Source: Marsupella aquatica
Lineage: Eukaryota > Plantae > Marchantiophyta
Reading direction: 5' to 3'
Assembly: GCA_973895155.1 (NCBI GenBank)
Contig: OZ316895.1
Location: 22,518,558-22,582,557 of the forward strand
Length of the DNA: 64,000 nt
Position 1 is the stretch's first letter, and every line of letters starts with the position of its first letter. Below are positions 25,901 through 37,987 of the stretch, one piece after another. The notes under the pieces were generated by a model. It saw only the letters and a program-made list of their open reading frames with translations, searched no databases and was not told where the DNA came from. Position numbers and translations under genes: made by a program.

Positions 25901-26830
25901 TTAGTATGTTCAAGCTCCCGTTGAGTTAACACACCCACAGCCTTCCCCCCTGGAATTAAATTTCTGCGTTCCTTTTTCTGTTAGGCGATCAGTGGCAATA
26001 CAAGTCAGTAATGCAATGCGGAAGTCATTAACAGCAACAAGGCTCGTTGCCTTTAATTGGTATCGTTTCTTTGGAGAAATGGGCGAATGCCTAACCATGG
26101 AAGGACGTAACCCTCAAAAGACCCATTACTTTGATCATCTCCAACATTCCGAAATAATAACCAGACCATCTATCCAGGCACTTGAGTACTTTCCTGGATG
26201 TTTCCAGCCAAATATAACTAGCATCTGTACGTCCACCACATCCTTTGAGACTCCAGTCTCTCACCGCCAACAAATCAGACATAGAAATATCCACTTCATC
26301 TAGTCGCGTAATCAATAGTGATTATCGGGTTTGAATCAGGTAGTACATTTTGCTCTTCTCAACGTCGAGATCTCTACCATGGCAGTGCAGAAACCTCGAC
26401 CGTTGTAAGTAAGATAACTTGAGAACCAGAATAGGTGTTTGCCTCGTAGTAGCGCAAAGGGGTCATGACATCCACAAGCTTCACGTCAAACTCGGTGAAA
26501 GGTTTCAAAAACGGACATCAATGTGTTGCTACGAAGAAAGTCTTTTAGCTGAGTGGATCTATAAATCCAACCCTCAAGCAAATTTTGCTTATGAACAGAT
26601 GGCGAGATGTGGTTAACCCTATAATGTTCCCTAATATTGTGAAAGGCCCTTTCCCTTCTGAATAATGACATACAGCTGAAGAAGAATATGCTGCTGATAC
26701 TCTTTGCGCATCTTCTGCTTCACCAGACCTGCGCAGACTTGGTGCTTGTAATGGTCGTTGTGCCCCAAAATCTATGACTGAGCTGCTAAGTTCATTAAAT
26801 GGTACAATAAGCGTCATGAGATTCACATTT
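22950..26830 (-). pseudogene. Highly decayed TIR-NB-ARC-LRR-like (NLR) pseudogene
   Basis: Motif remnants in the correct order on the minus strand: TIR-like HLFIS..GFIDPL..PFL and KVLKCLDRWSGYYF (26650-26140); kinase-2-like AVLLVHEV, RNBS-B-like EGSITR and GLPL-like C..HGHLLDAL (25900-25570); LRR-like LEELWTL, SLGCLPTVVGTPTSL, KQIPPSL and LSSLRVL (24900-22960). No P-loop recognised; many stops and frameshifts. Confidence 0.38.
24629..24722 (+). repeat. 41-bp direct duplication
   Basis: acgctcgatgctgctattggaggcaagaaagatgcttctcg occurs at 24629 and 24682. Confidence 0.85.
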
Positions 26831-27158
26831 CATTTCCAGCAGCCGAGTACTCTAGCGCAGACTTCTCGCATTAGCACAGTAACCACGACATGGTTCAGTT
26901 TCACCATCAGTACAGGATTATCCGGGGGCGTTCGATGGGAGAGAGAGTAACATCTGCATAAGCAGCGATTGAGGTCAATCCACAGGCATGCAATTCAGTA
27001 GAGTTGCGATCCCAGAACAAACCTATATTGGTCAGTCGCAAAAGATCAAATTAAACCAGTGTAGATCAAAGGAGGCCAATGAGCTCTTACATTTAACAGG
27101 TAAGCTCTTCACCCAGTATTTGACAGTGGAACAACTCATATACTAGAAGTGTCTGGTG

Positions 27159-30100
27159 CTAGACAGACATTTCCTCTTCATCGTCACTGAGATCCTCACG
27201 ATTTAAGACTGCTTCCTCAACGACTACTTTCCTCTTTGCTGGTGCTCCAGTCGCAGCTTCTGGAGATCTCCTTCGTTTTAGTTGAGTCCCGTTGTCATCA
27301 TGAATTTGACCCTGAAATGACCAGCCAAATCAAAAAGTGACCAAGGAATGGTCAGTGAAGGAAAACAAATTGAGCAAAAGAATTCCGTTATTCTCAGTTT
27401 ATGTTCATCTGACGTGATCTACATTAAGCAACTAACCAGGGGAGGAGAAGGAGAGGGTCATCAGTTGGTAACGAGATTCATTTTACATCAGGACTCGGAT
27501 TCTAACTAAAGATCCACGTCAATTAACAAGATCAGACCTCTAAAAGGGCGAGCCGACTTTCATCTTTAACCCTCAATTCCTCCTCTGTTAAGTCACGCCG
27601 ACGAACTGCTACTCTTGATGGTACCGGGAACTGATTATCAGCATCTTCTTCTTTGGGCCGTCCTTCCTTCGCTTTCTTCTTTTGAAGAACGAGTTTTGTG
27701 TGAAGTGGCTGAAAGAAGTGTTCCACATATACAAGGTTAGGTTAAAAAATGCTCTACCCAAGCCTACGGTGATGACAATACACGAGTTAAGCATTCTAAA
27801 ATAATACATCGCTGCCACATTTCTGGGTATTCACAGGAACGGAAAAGATAAAAGATTGACGTTAAGATGAGGGAAATTACCAAGTAGTTGACACCATCTT
27901 CGCCAAAGCAAAAAACATACGTAGATTGCGCAGGATCTGTTCTGAGCTGAAATGACAAGGAAGCCAACACTTAGAGTAGGTACTTAAAAGGTACATAAAT
28001 CTTAATCAACAGTGCCCACACGCACATGCTTGATCTCAACAACAGATATTTCTATAACATGGTTGAATTTGAATATTCAAGTCCTATAAACCTGGAACCA
28101 GTAGCGTAGTAGGCAACTCACATCCCAGTGATACTCCCGCACCCAAGTATATGAAATATCTTCATCATCCTCGTAGATATCCCTCTCAAGCTGCAAAAAG
28201 GAAAAGATTTAGATCGTCCTGGGCCAACCTAGAGAAAAAGAGGCTTTCAGTGGTTACTTTCGCTAGAAACGTACAAGGGGTGCACATCTTTGAGCCCCTA
28301 GGAGGGGCAAGGATTGTCGCTTGGAGGCAACTTTTACCACTCACAAGTATTTCATAAGAAGGAAGCCAGGGCTCTACAGATAAATTGAGAATTGCCAGAA
28401 ACAGGGGTCTATGTCAAGAAGAAGCTCGAAATTTACCTCTTCTGGTTTGGGAACCATGTAAGCCACGAATTTCTCTGGCTTCGTGTCTTCTGAACCTGGA
28501 ATGGAATAGCTCTTCACAATGGCCTGAAACGGACGATGGGACCATATCAGGGTGCCAATCAGTCTTGTGTCTCTTAAGTCTTCTCCGTTCAAATTTTTGA
28601 GACACAAATTAGACCAGGACGGCTTCTCAAATATATCCACATCTACTTCCTTCCAATTCAAATCATGTAGACCAACCAAAAAATGTTATTTTTACTCGAT
28701 TCCATAGAAGCAGCCATAAATGCAGCATACCCTGGCTTCAATTTCGTCTCTCATCTCCTCATCCATCTTAGAAAGTAACTCTGATTCACCAGTAGGGTCC
28801 GTATCAAAAATCATATGCACAAATTGGTCGCTCCATCTGCATACGCATGGTCAGGTTAGAAACCCAGCTTAGCCACTCTCCATTTCTAAGTTGTTTGCAT
28901 CATGTCAGGCGTAAATAGCTGGACCACAAACTAGTAACGAACAGCCATTATACATTCGAACAACAAAGCAAGAGAAGTCAGGCCAGAGCAGACCCTGACA
29001 TATCGCCTAAACACACGTAGCAGTGAACCCAAGTTTAAGAGATATAGCTTCCACAGATACTGGAGCGTGGTTCTCAGGTAGAGAGGTTCAAAGAGGTTCA
29101 GCTGAGCTAGAATTTCGGTTTCAGCCCGCCTCACCACATAATGAGGACAACTTGCCTGTCAAAGTAAGGGAGGAGAGGTAACACTTCAACAGCCTCGAGC
29201 TCTGGCTTTGTTTGATGCACAGGTATCTGCTTTGCCACTCTAAATGACTCCTCAATGGCCTGAATTTGCTGGTCTCTGTGCAACAGTTTCGATTAGCAAG
29301 TTTAGTACTAGCTACTACATCCCAAACAAAAACAGTCCTGAGGAACTGACCCTGACATGGTGGGTAGAACTACAATAACTAATGCATCCACTGCTACTAA
29401 ATAGATGAATGATCCAGGTCACACATGCGACTCAGTACCTGTCATTGAGGTCTCGCATGAGCCTTTCACCTTCCCTCTGGTCTTTCAACTCTTTCGCTTG
29501 TTTCTCTGACAGAGCCTGATCACAGAAAAGAATGCATCACAAGGACACGAGATCTTAGTCGTCAGGTCCGAGATTAGGACAATCAAGACACACCGAAGCT
29601 GGCTTCCTTTTTAATATCTAGGGCCCATCCTGCATGGATCAAAGGTTAAAAAAGGGTCCAACTCCACTTAAATCGATACAATTCACCAGATACGCAAAAA
29701 ATGCAATAGTCAGGATTCTACAACCTTGTTAATCTGCTTTGGCCAAACTCATTCATTGCACTCTAGTTAGGGAGCACCTCTAATGAATACATGGCATCTT
29801 CACAAGATGGATGACAGTATAGAGTAAGCACTCTGCTGCTCCTCATTACCAGGCCATGAAATTTTGCAAAAATTCACATTTCAGAGGCTCATGTTTCTAG
29901 CCATGGTTGACTTTCCTGGTTAATCTAGCCCTAGTAAGAACTTGAAAGAGCTTTCTTGTTGTAAGAGCAAATTACTGAATTACAAAGAGTGCTCTAAATC
30001 GGCAATTTACTGTTCCAATATAACCCAATTCTCTCCTGAGATCGTCAACTGACTTGAGAACAAATGAGCAAGCATTCCCCATTGGTGTCAAGTGATCAAC

Positions 30101-32045
30101 CTGCTTAGCCGGATCAAGGCTGAGAGGTGAAATGTACTGTGTCTTGACCAGCCATGCAACTCCTTTGTCTGTAGGTCTGTCCTTCTTCCGGATAAGTGCT
30201 TCCTTCTTCACAACCTCATCATCTAAAAGCAATTCTTCATCTGCGGGGTCTATCGGGGGCCTGACCTGCGGGGCACTGCAGGTGTTTCGGACTTCTTAGC
30301 TTCTTACTCCGAGAAGTCAAGGTGGGGGACATTTGCTACAAACGATTGGAGGAACGTTTCTAAAAAGGACTGCCGTAATAAAGCTTTTCACATCTACGCA
30401 CAAATAATTGACATAGAAAATTAAGTCAAGAATTTCTCCATACTTGTAGGCGCTCAGATCCAATAGGTCAAGAGGAATTCCAAGATCCGGCTCCACGTAA
30501 AGCTTATGTTTATAATTATTCTCCAGTGAAGTTACTTTATATTTCGTATACCTGCAACCAACCAATAAATGTCAGTCCAAATGCCGAATGAGGTGGCATG
30601 ATGAACGTCACTGATGTTTACACACTTTTACATGTCCTCCATCCTACTGAGTCTGAAAATTCTTGGACAAGGTCATTGTCATCGCTATCAGACGTCCTGC
30701 ATAAGCGCAATCTAGAGGTTGGAACACAACCTATGACAAATATCTCTCCTTGCAAACATGAGCGCTGTCGAAAGGAACTAGAAATTTCCGACACACTAGC
30801 TCGAACTACGACAGACCCCACAAAGAAGGAGAGGAACGCACTGATCCTTGTCATTATTGATGTGCATCAACTTTGGCTGTGACACCGGGTCTGGTAGCTC
30901 GTTCCTAAATCTGCATATACATCCCAAAGTTAATAACTCGCACGAAAAACTAGAGTGGAAGAAAGAAGTTAATAAGATTAGAAACAAAAAGGCCGACGTA
31001 CGCAAGGTCATCTTCGCAGGAACCAGATGACGTTCTACAAGACCAAGACAGCCGGGGGACCAATTTAGCAAATTGAAACAGAGTCAACTCGAAGAATGGC
31101 TCCGGTAATGGAAAGGAGGGCCATTCTCAATAAAAATGCAGCTCCACACTACCTTATCTTACACAAAAACGTAGAAGGTCGCTTTAGGCGATTCTCAATT
31201 TTATCAGCAGCTGCAACACCCCTTTTCTCCGATCTAGGATCTCGAGATCCATTAACCGGAGCTGGCCTGCTAGATGTTGCTCCAGGCTGAGACGACCTTT
31301 TTGCCCTCTCCTCTGCTTTACTCCGCTCATACTCCTTTTTCTTCCTTTCTCGTCGCTCCTCCTCCGTTTCTGGTCTTCGACCGTGATGTCCTGAGCCAAG
31401 ACTGCCTCCCCTTGATAAAGAGCCCCCTTGTCCACCTGTACTCCTACTAGCCTGAGAAGCTAATCCGGCTAGAGATCCAGATGGTCGATGCTGTGAATGG
31501 GATGGGCCCTGCACATTTGATCGATTGGCACCATGCCCTAAATTGTGACCTTGATTAAGGCTAGCCTGATGACCATGATTGCCATGCCCTAAATTCTGTT
31601 GATGTGGGTTCATCGAACCATGAGGATGCTGGACATGCTGAGGATGAGAATGGAGATGAGAAGGCTGCTGATGCGGAGGGCCATAATGGGGAGCAGAAGG
31701 GTGATACTGAGGAGGAGGGGGAGGATGAGGTGGACCTGAAGAGGGTGGAGGAGGAGGGGGAGGTGCTTGACCATAAGGTGGTGGCATGGGAGGCGGGGGA
31801 AGGGCAGGAGGAGGAGGGAGAGCAACACCCGGGTAAGGGTTAGGATTGTAAGCACCTGGTGGTGGTGGAGGTGGCGGTGGAGGTCCATAGAGATTCGGAT
31901 TGTATGCACCCGGTGGTGGATGCTGCTGTTGCTGCGGTGGTGGTGGCCCGTGATTGGGTCGAAACGCTCCTCCAGGGCCAGGAGGGGGCGGAGGCCCTCC
32001 TCCTGGCGGCCTTCCTGGTGCATTGCTTTGATACAATGAAGCCAT
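27159..32045 (-). CDS. PAF1: RNA polymerase II-associated factor PAF1 (ELF7/VIP2 ortholog), 12 exons
   Basis: Exons 32045-31153, 30910-30842, 30551-30444, 30275-30101, 29515-29439, about 29276-29156, 28836-28731, 28523-28437, 28190-28122, 27946-27881, 27708-27538, 27311-27159. Motifs ENRLKRPSTFLCKIRFRNELPDP, YTKYKVTSLE, EPDLGIPLDLLDLS, RPTDKGVAWLVKTQYISP, IQAIEESF, VLPLLPYFDR, EKFVAYMVP and YTWVREYHWD; Pro/His-rich N-terminus as in plant PAF1. Confidence 0.95.
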
Positions 32046-33779
32046 CCCTTGACCGCGATCCCCCACCTTGCTTCAACGACAAATCTCTCTGTAGTACGCC
32101 TTCAAATATGTTCCCGTCAGCTCCCTTATCTCCCTGTCCCCCTAATTCTACCTCAAAACCTATCGCTCTTCCACAATAGAACAGTCCGTACCATCCACCA
32201 CACCTGCTCCTGTCTCGTTTTCCACAGGAGCTGGAAAACTCTCCAGTAATTCGAACTGATTACCGTACCTCCGCTAAGGCTCTCTGACTCTCCCTATCCT
32301 TTCGTCGTCCATCCTTCCCTCAATCTGCAAGCGGGAGCTGCTTCCATCTGCAGTCTCGGCGTACGTGCATCCAGTCAAGAACTAATATCTCCACTGATGC
32401 AAACAGAGGAGGTGCCTTCCTCCTCAACAAATCTAAAGGTTTAGGGTTTTGCAAACAATCCATAACAACCGGATCTGTCTGTAACTCCTCCCTCCCTCCC
32501 TCCAGTGATCTAGTCACCTCCCCGGCATTCAGTTTTTGTTGTCTCGTGTTTAGATAGTTAAGCGTGGAGTTCAATCATTCATTTATTAAGTATCCAATTG
32601 CTCATTCTGCATCCGTGAAAATTCGCTGCGACGCAAAAACAAGGAGTAGAAAACCTAAAGCAACAATGGCACAACACAGGTATCGAGAAAACATTTCTAA
32701 ACTAGGGAAGTGACTCTACGAAGATATGCTTTGTGCTCTTGGTTGCCTCGTGTCACGATCGCTACCCGAGGAGTCAAATCATTCAACTATTCACTCACTA
32801 CACCCCCCCTCGATCTACGAGCTACAAGCTAACGTTTCTTCTCAATGCGCTGAAAACATCAACCTACATTGCTTGCTAAGTTGCAAAAACGAGTGCCAAA
32901 AACCTCAAACCTACGTGTCCGCGCATATCACTCACTTCACCACCCGAGCGAGTGCAAAAAACTCTCGACCTCCTCTTACGACAGGTGCAGCAAATTTCAA
33001 CACACATCCAACGCGAGTGCAGTAACCTCGACGTCCACATACAGTCGTATCCACGCAACCTTCGTTTCATTCATTCGGCAAACCTCCACAGAAATGTAAG
33101 AAACCAATCATTCACGCACTTCAGAAACAAACGCAGTACAGGCAGGAGTGCGTACCGTACCTCTCGTCGACCCAGCACTCTGTCGTCCGCCCATCCTCAC
33201 CCCGGCGCAAGCGTCGATCTCTTTCCTGTACTTCGGATCATAGTTTAACCAATCGAACAATGAAAACCACAGAAACAATGGAGATCTAAAGAATGTAATG
33301 ACACAAATCCTCCCGACATTCGCACTATCTGTCTATCTATCGATTTGCATAAATGTTTTCGAGGTGCCGCCGCTGAGGTCTACGATACTGGGAAGCAATG
33401 AGCAGGGCATAATTCTGAGGACGAGCTCGATGATGCTTCGGCAGCACTACTACAGTACTGTGGTCCGCTCATCACTCTCGTTCTCCATTGAAAGAGTGAG
33501 AGCTCTACAGTACCTGTTCTTCAACAGTCCGTTTTCTACGGTGTTGACTGACGATCGGGGGGCCGGGAATCCCGCAAAGGTTGGCCGGCGGCCGGGAAAC
33601 ACAACGCAGGGCAATGGTGTTTATTTGTCACTTTTAATTATTTTGTCATTGAAGATATTTAGATTGTCAAAATTCATTTTGTATTTCTAAAGATATCATG
33701 ATTTCGTATATAGATATTTGCATTGTCAAAATTTCTTTTGTACTTCTAAGGATATCATGATTTTGTGTATGTATGGATG

Positions 33780-34170
33780 AAGCTTTTATAGGGTGAATCT
33801 ATCTTTCAAATTTTATGTTGGTTATTTTGATTTTAATGTGCTTGAACTAGGTGAATCATTTGCATTAATTTTACTTTGAATTAACTTTTGGATCATTTTT
33901 AATTTTTGTGAATTTAGAGTATTTTGAATGTATTTGACTCTCCTCATAAATGTTTAATCTTTCCTTTTCAATCAATCCTTAGTGAATTATCTTTTTTCTC
34001 ATGAGAGTGAGAGAAATAAGTTTAAACAATGTGCACATTTGTTGTACTAAGTTCCCCTCCCGATTTCTTTTACAAAATTTATGGTTTTAATTGACTTATT
34101 GTCATTACCTAGAAGCAAGTAAAAATATGTACTATATGTGCACAACTCTTTAGTACCTTTGTACTAACTT
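33780..34170 (+). repeat. Dispersed repeat family A, copy 2 (3'-truncated at the junction with family B)
   Basis: Matches 9730-10085 and 49340-49735, then switches abruptly to family B sequence at about 34180. Preceded by a roughly 60-bp tandem duplication at about 33652-33765. Confidence 0.8.
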
Positions 34171-34179
34171 GGTTAACCG

Positions 34180-34740
34180 CCCTACCTCCAGGACATGTTC
34201 ATGGCCCAAATAACTAGTTTGTTCTAAAACCTGTCTCAAGCTTGTCCCAAACACATGGACTAGTTTGGCCTTGACTGTATCAATCATCTCTAAGGCTCCA
34301 ACTCAACTAAGAATCTAGTAGGAAAAAGGAACTTGGACCTTTGCATTGCCTTCCCAACACAAGTTCCCGTGGGAAACTACATGCAATTTGTTGTTTCGGT
34401 ATGATTTGGCAAGCGGGCGAACTAGCCCCCGCAAACCTTGAGAACCAATGGCACCCCTAGACCTAGTTGATCTCAAAAGAACATAATCCTCCTTGAGAGC
34501 TTTTTAACGCATCAAAGAAGTCCTTCAACGAACTTCTCTTTGAGAAGTTATCGTTATTTTTGTTTGACGTTTCACCTTAATTAGTAGCGTAACCGCCATG
34601 CTCAGGGCCGCCCTTCACAACTTGGGCTTGTCCCTGGCCCTAGGGAGACACCACTTCCCTTGATCTATGCTTCTAGAGACCTATCAACCCCACACCAACT
34701 TTGGTTCCTTCTATTTGGCCTTAAACTTGGACTCCAACCT
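34180..34740 (+). repeat. Dispersed repeat family B, copy 2
   Basis: Collinear with 8030-8530. Confidence 0.75.
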
Positions 34741-35519
34741 CATCACATGAGCACCCAACTAACTTCCAATGCCCATAACTTTCTAGTTAGACATCCGTAC
34801 GTGAAGTGCCTTAGCCTGTCCCATTGTGATCGGGCCAACACAGTGCTCATGCCCGGCCCTCAAAATCAGTCGTCAATCGAGGGTCCCGGATGGCTATACC
34901 TAAGTTGGGCCGTATCTCATGTGCCAAGCATCCGTTGCACATGAAGTAAACTTCTAGTTGGCCTTGGGCCCAATAAGAACTCTCACTCGAACCCTCATAA
35001 CTCAAAGTCATTACGGTAATTCGGACAGTCCACCCCGAACTAGGCCCTTCCCATGACCTGGCCAGCTTTCAATGTCAGTTTAAGTCCTTAGTGTGCACCA
35101 CCAGCTCAGCGCATCGCCTTTGCTAGTGCAACACTTCATTGTTCGCAAGTCTCCCCATACTTAGTCCCCATCAGATGGTCGTTTCAGAGGCTTGGACCAT
35201 AGAGGAGTAGGAGTCAGCAACGCTGGAGCTAAGTGGTAGGGTAGTCAGGTTTCACAACTATGAGGCATCAATGCTATAGCTCTACTTGTAGTTTGTGGCA
35301 AGCTAGTCATTTTGGTAGTTGGATTGTTGTCAAGTCTTCACCTAGTGAGACAAGACGAGTCAAAAAAGGGTTCTGGTCTTAATAGGTTATAGAGTTTATA
35401 TTTGCATGAACTTGGTTGCTTGTTACAGTTGCATTTGACTTGAAGAAAGGAATTCTTAGTGCTATGGCTCAATGGAAAGATCATGGCAAGACAATCATTT
35501 TGAATTCCGGATTAGCCCT

Positions 35520-36360
35520 TGAGGCAAAGAGAGGGAGATGTATTGGAATTTTTTTGCACTTCTAGACATGCTCAATAATGGTGATAGTGCCAAGTAAAAT
35601 TTGGAAACATTTTTCATGTCTGCGGTATTTTTCTTGTGAATAACCGACAATTTTGTTTAAGAAATGGCATTTTTGTGGGCATGTTTTGCTTAGGTTAGGG
35701 CCACTTTTGTGTGTGTATACACACAACCCCGATACCCTTACACCGCCCAATTCCCCCCCACTCAAACTGCTGACTTGGCCTGCCCTCCTGTAGCGCACCC
35801 ATTTTTTTCCTTGTCGCTTTGGGATGACCAATTTGCAGTTGGCTGTCCCTAAACCCTAAACCCTAAGCATACGAAGCCCTTGTACTCGCAAGGGTATGAG
35901 CATACCTTCGCCTTGCCCCTGTACGCACCCTCCCCTACCCTTAATTTTTACAAGGGGCTTATAAACCCCTTTAAGGGCCAGTGAATTTTCTCTTCCCACT
36001 CGTTTTAATTGCATGGACATGGGGAATTGTTGGGGAAACCGACACAACACAACCATAAGAGCACAACCAGCAAGCATGCACACACTGGCACAAGATATAT
36101 GTGGTTCACCTTTGTCAAATGAAGGCTATGTCACGGAATGCTAGAGCTTTATTAAGCTTTAATTTGGTCATCATGGCCACACAAAGCCTTTTTGTACAAG
36201 CTCCACTCCTCGCACCTAGCCTAGTTCCCTCAACAATGAGCATGAGTCTCCAAACCCTAAACCCTAGTCCCTCTATATGCTAGATACAAGAGTCGTGCCT
36301 AAGCCCCATTAGCACCCTAATGGTGGTTTAGCCTAAGTAACTAGAAGCTAACCCAGGACT
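35520..36360. mobile_element. LTR-retrotransposon fragments (PPT-like tract and LTR-like sequence)
   Basis: Purine tract caaagagagggagatg at about 35525. The stretch cacaagatatatgtggttcacc..ggctatgtcacgg at about 36088 resembles reverse-oriented plant LTR sequence. Confidence 0.3.
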
Positions 36361-37840
36361 AAGTTAATCCTAACAAGAATGGCCCCCTGTGAGACCTGTT
36401 GTAATGTGCAAAGAATATTCCAAAATATAAGGAGCTTATTTTTGGCCGTTTGTCAAAGATTCCGTTACATTTGACAAATGATAACCATTTTAATTGTTTG
36501 AAGTCAACAAGGTGGTAGCCATTGGAGTTAGCAACATGGTGCATCAATTGAATGGTATTTTTGAAGTCAGGTTCTAGTTTAAATTTTGGTTATTCCCCAA
36601 GGTGATCAAAATAGGGGAAACAATTTGCACTAGCCTGACTTCCTTGTCATAGTACTCATGCATGTAGTAGTAAGCCTCAAGCTTTAAGCCTCTCCTTAAA
36701 TAACCTTTATCTTCAAGTCCGATGTGGAAGCAAAACCTTAACACTTCAAATTCACATACTTTCTAACACTCAATGCAAAGAAATAGGGTTCTGAACTGGA
36801 GCCTACTAGTTCAAATTTGCTAGTGGTCATGTTACCAGTTGAGCAAAAGACAACCAACAATCGGGCCAACAATTTCTCAAAGCAATGTTGAGGTTGAGTA
36901 CTTTGCTTTGTGTGATGGTGCTCGAGAGTGAGTTTTCTTACGCAGAACAATTGCAGAACTCAAGCCTGCAGCTAAGTTTTCCTGTCCACTTCAAGGATGC
37001 TGATGTGTTGAACTCCACTTACCTTGTGACAATCAAGTATAGGATAACCAATGTCTGCATCCGAAATATGAGAACAAGCTGACCGGCAGCAGCCGCGAAG
37101 CTTTTTCGAACATTCAGGTAACAGGGTTACAGTCTAGAACCCTACCCTGACCTTGGCTACTGCAAGTGAATCCTATCGAAATAGATTACCTGACTATATA
37201 GTTGTAGCTGACACCGGAGTATAAGAACAGGACTGTGGACTAGAAAAGACTACTCACATGTGACATGCACATGCTATGTACATATATATCACATTGCCAA
37301 AAGAAAAGGTGCACAACTGTGAGACACAATCCCAAAAGGCAAGAGACTAAACTAAGGGACAACTCCGCTTGACACAATGTACCACGGAATTATGTAAGAC
37401 ACAATCAAAGTCCGGGTGTAGAACCTCAGACCTCAAGATCAAGCAGGTAGAAAAGGTCTCCAGGGTATTGTGCAACATAAACCTCCTCCTTGAGCCAAGC
37501 AATTCTAGCAGCAGAATGGCCCAGTTCATGGGCAGCCATGGCAACAGTCCTGCCAATAGTGTCAGAAAACGACCACCAGAGGGCCTGAAATCTGGCCCGG
37601 ACAGGACCAATTTGGCTTGCCGCCAATCAGGCACCCCATCCACGGTGGGGAGCAGCACATGTTGCTGCTCCATCAATCCATGGTACCAGAAGGCCCTGGC
37701 AATGGCTGTCATCACATCAAGTATGTCATTGTATTTTGCATTCCTCACACTTCCATGATCACACCAAAGAATATGGACTCCCTCCATGTCCAGAGATGAC
37801 TCACAAACAAAAATGAGTGGGCCAGCAAAGCCCCCGTCAT

Positions 37841-37987
37841 TGATTACACCCACATCCCTTCCTTATTTCAGCATTCCAAATGGGAAACAATAATTACACC
37901 AGATCCCTTTGTATTTCAACATTCCAAATGGGAAACATTGATTACACCCAGCTCCCTTGGTATTTCAGGATTTCAAAAGGGAAACAA
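37841..37987 (+). repeat. Three tandem units of about 48 bp
   Basis: attacacc..atccctt..tatttca.cattccaaatgggaaaca is repeated three times. Confidence 0.8.

Noticed and set aside
2096-32045. XCT, SHR and PAF1 as a functional gene cluster
   Set aside because: Unrelated conserved genes separated by TEs, with no evidence of co-regulation.
31604-32179. Overlapping ORFs in PAF1 exon 1
   Set aside because: Alternative-frame and antisense readings of poly-Pro codons.
35847-35866. (CCCTAAA)n telomere-like tract, also near 36252
   Set aside because: Fewer than three units; common telo-box or TE-borne motif, not an interstitial telomere.
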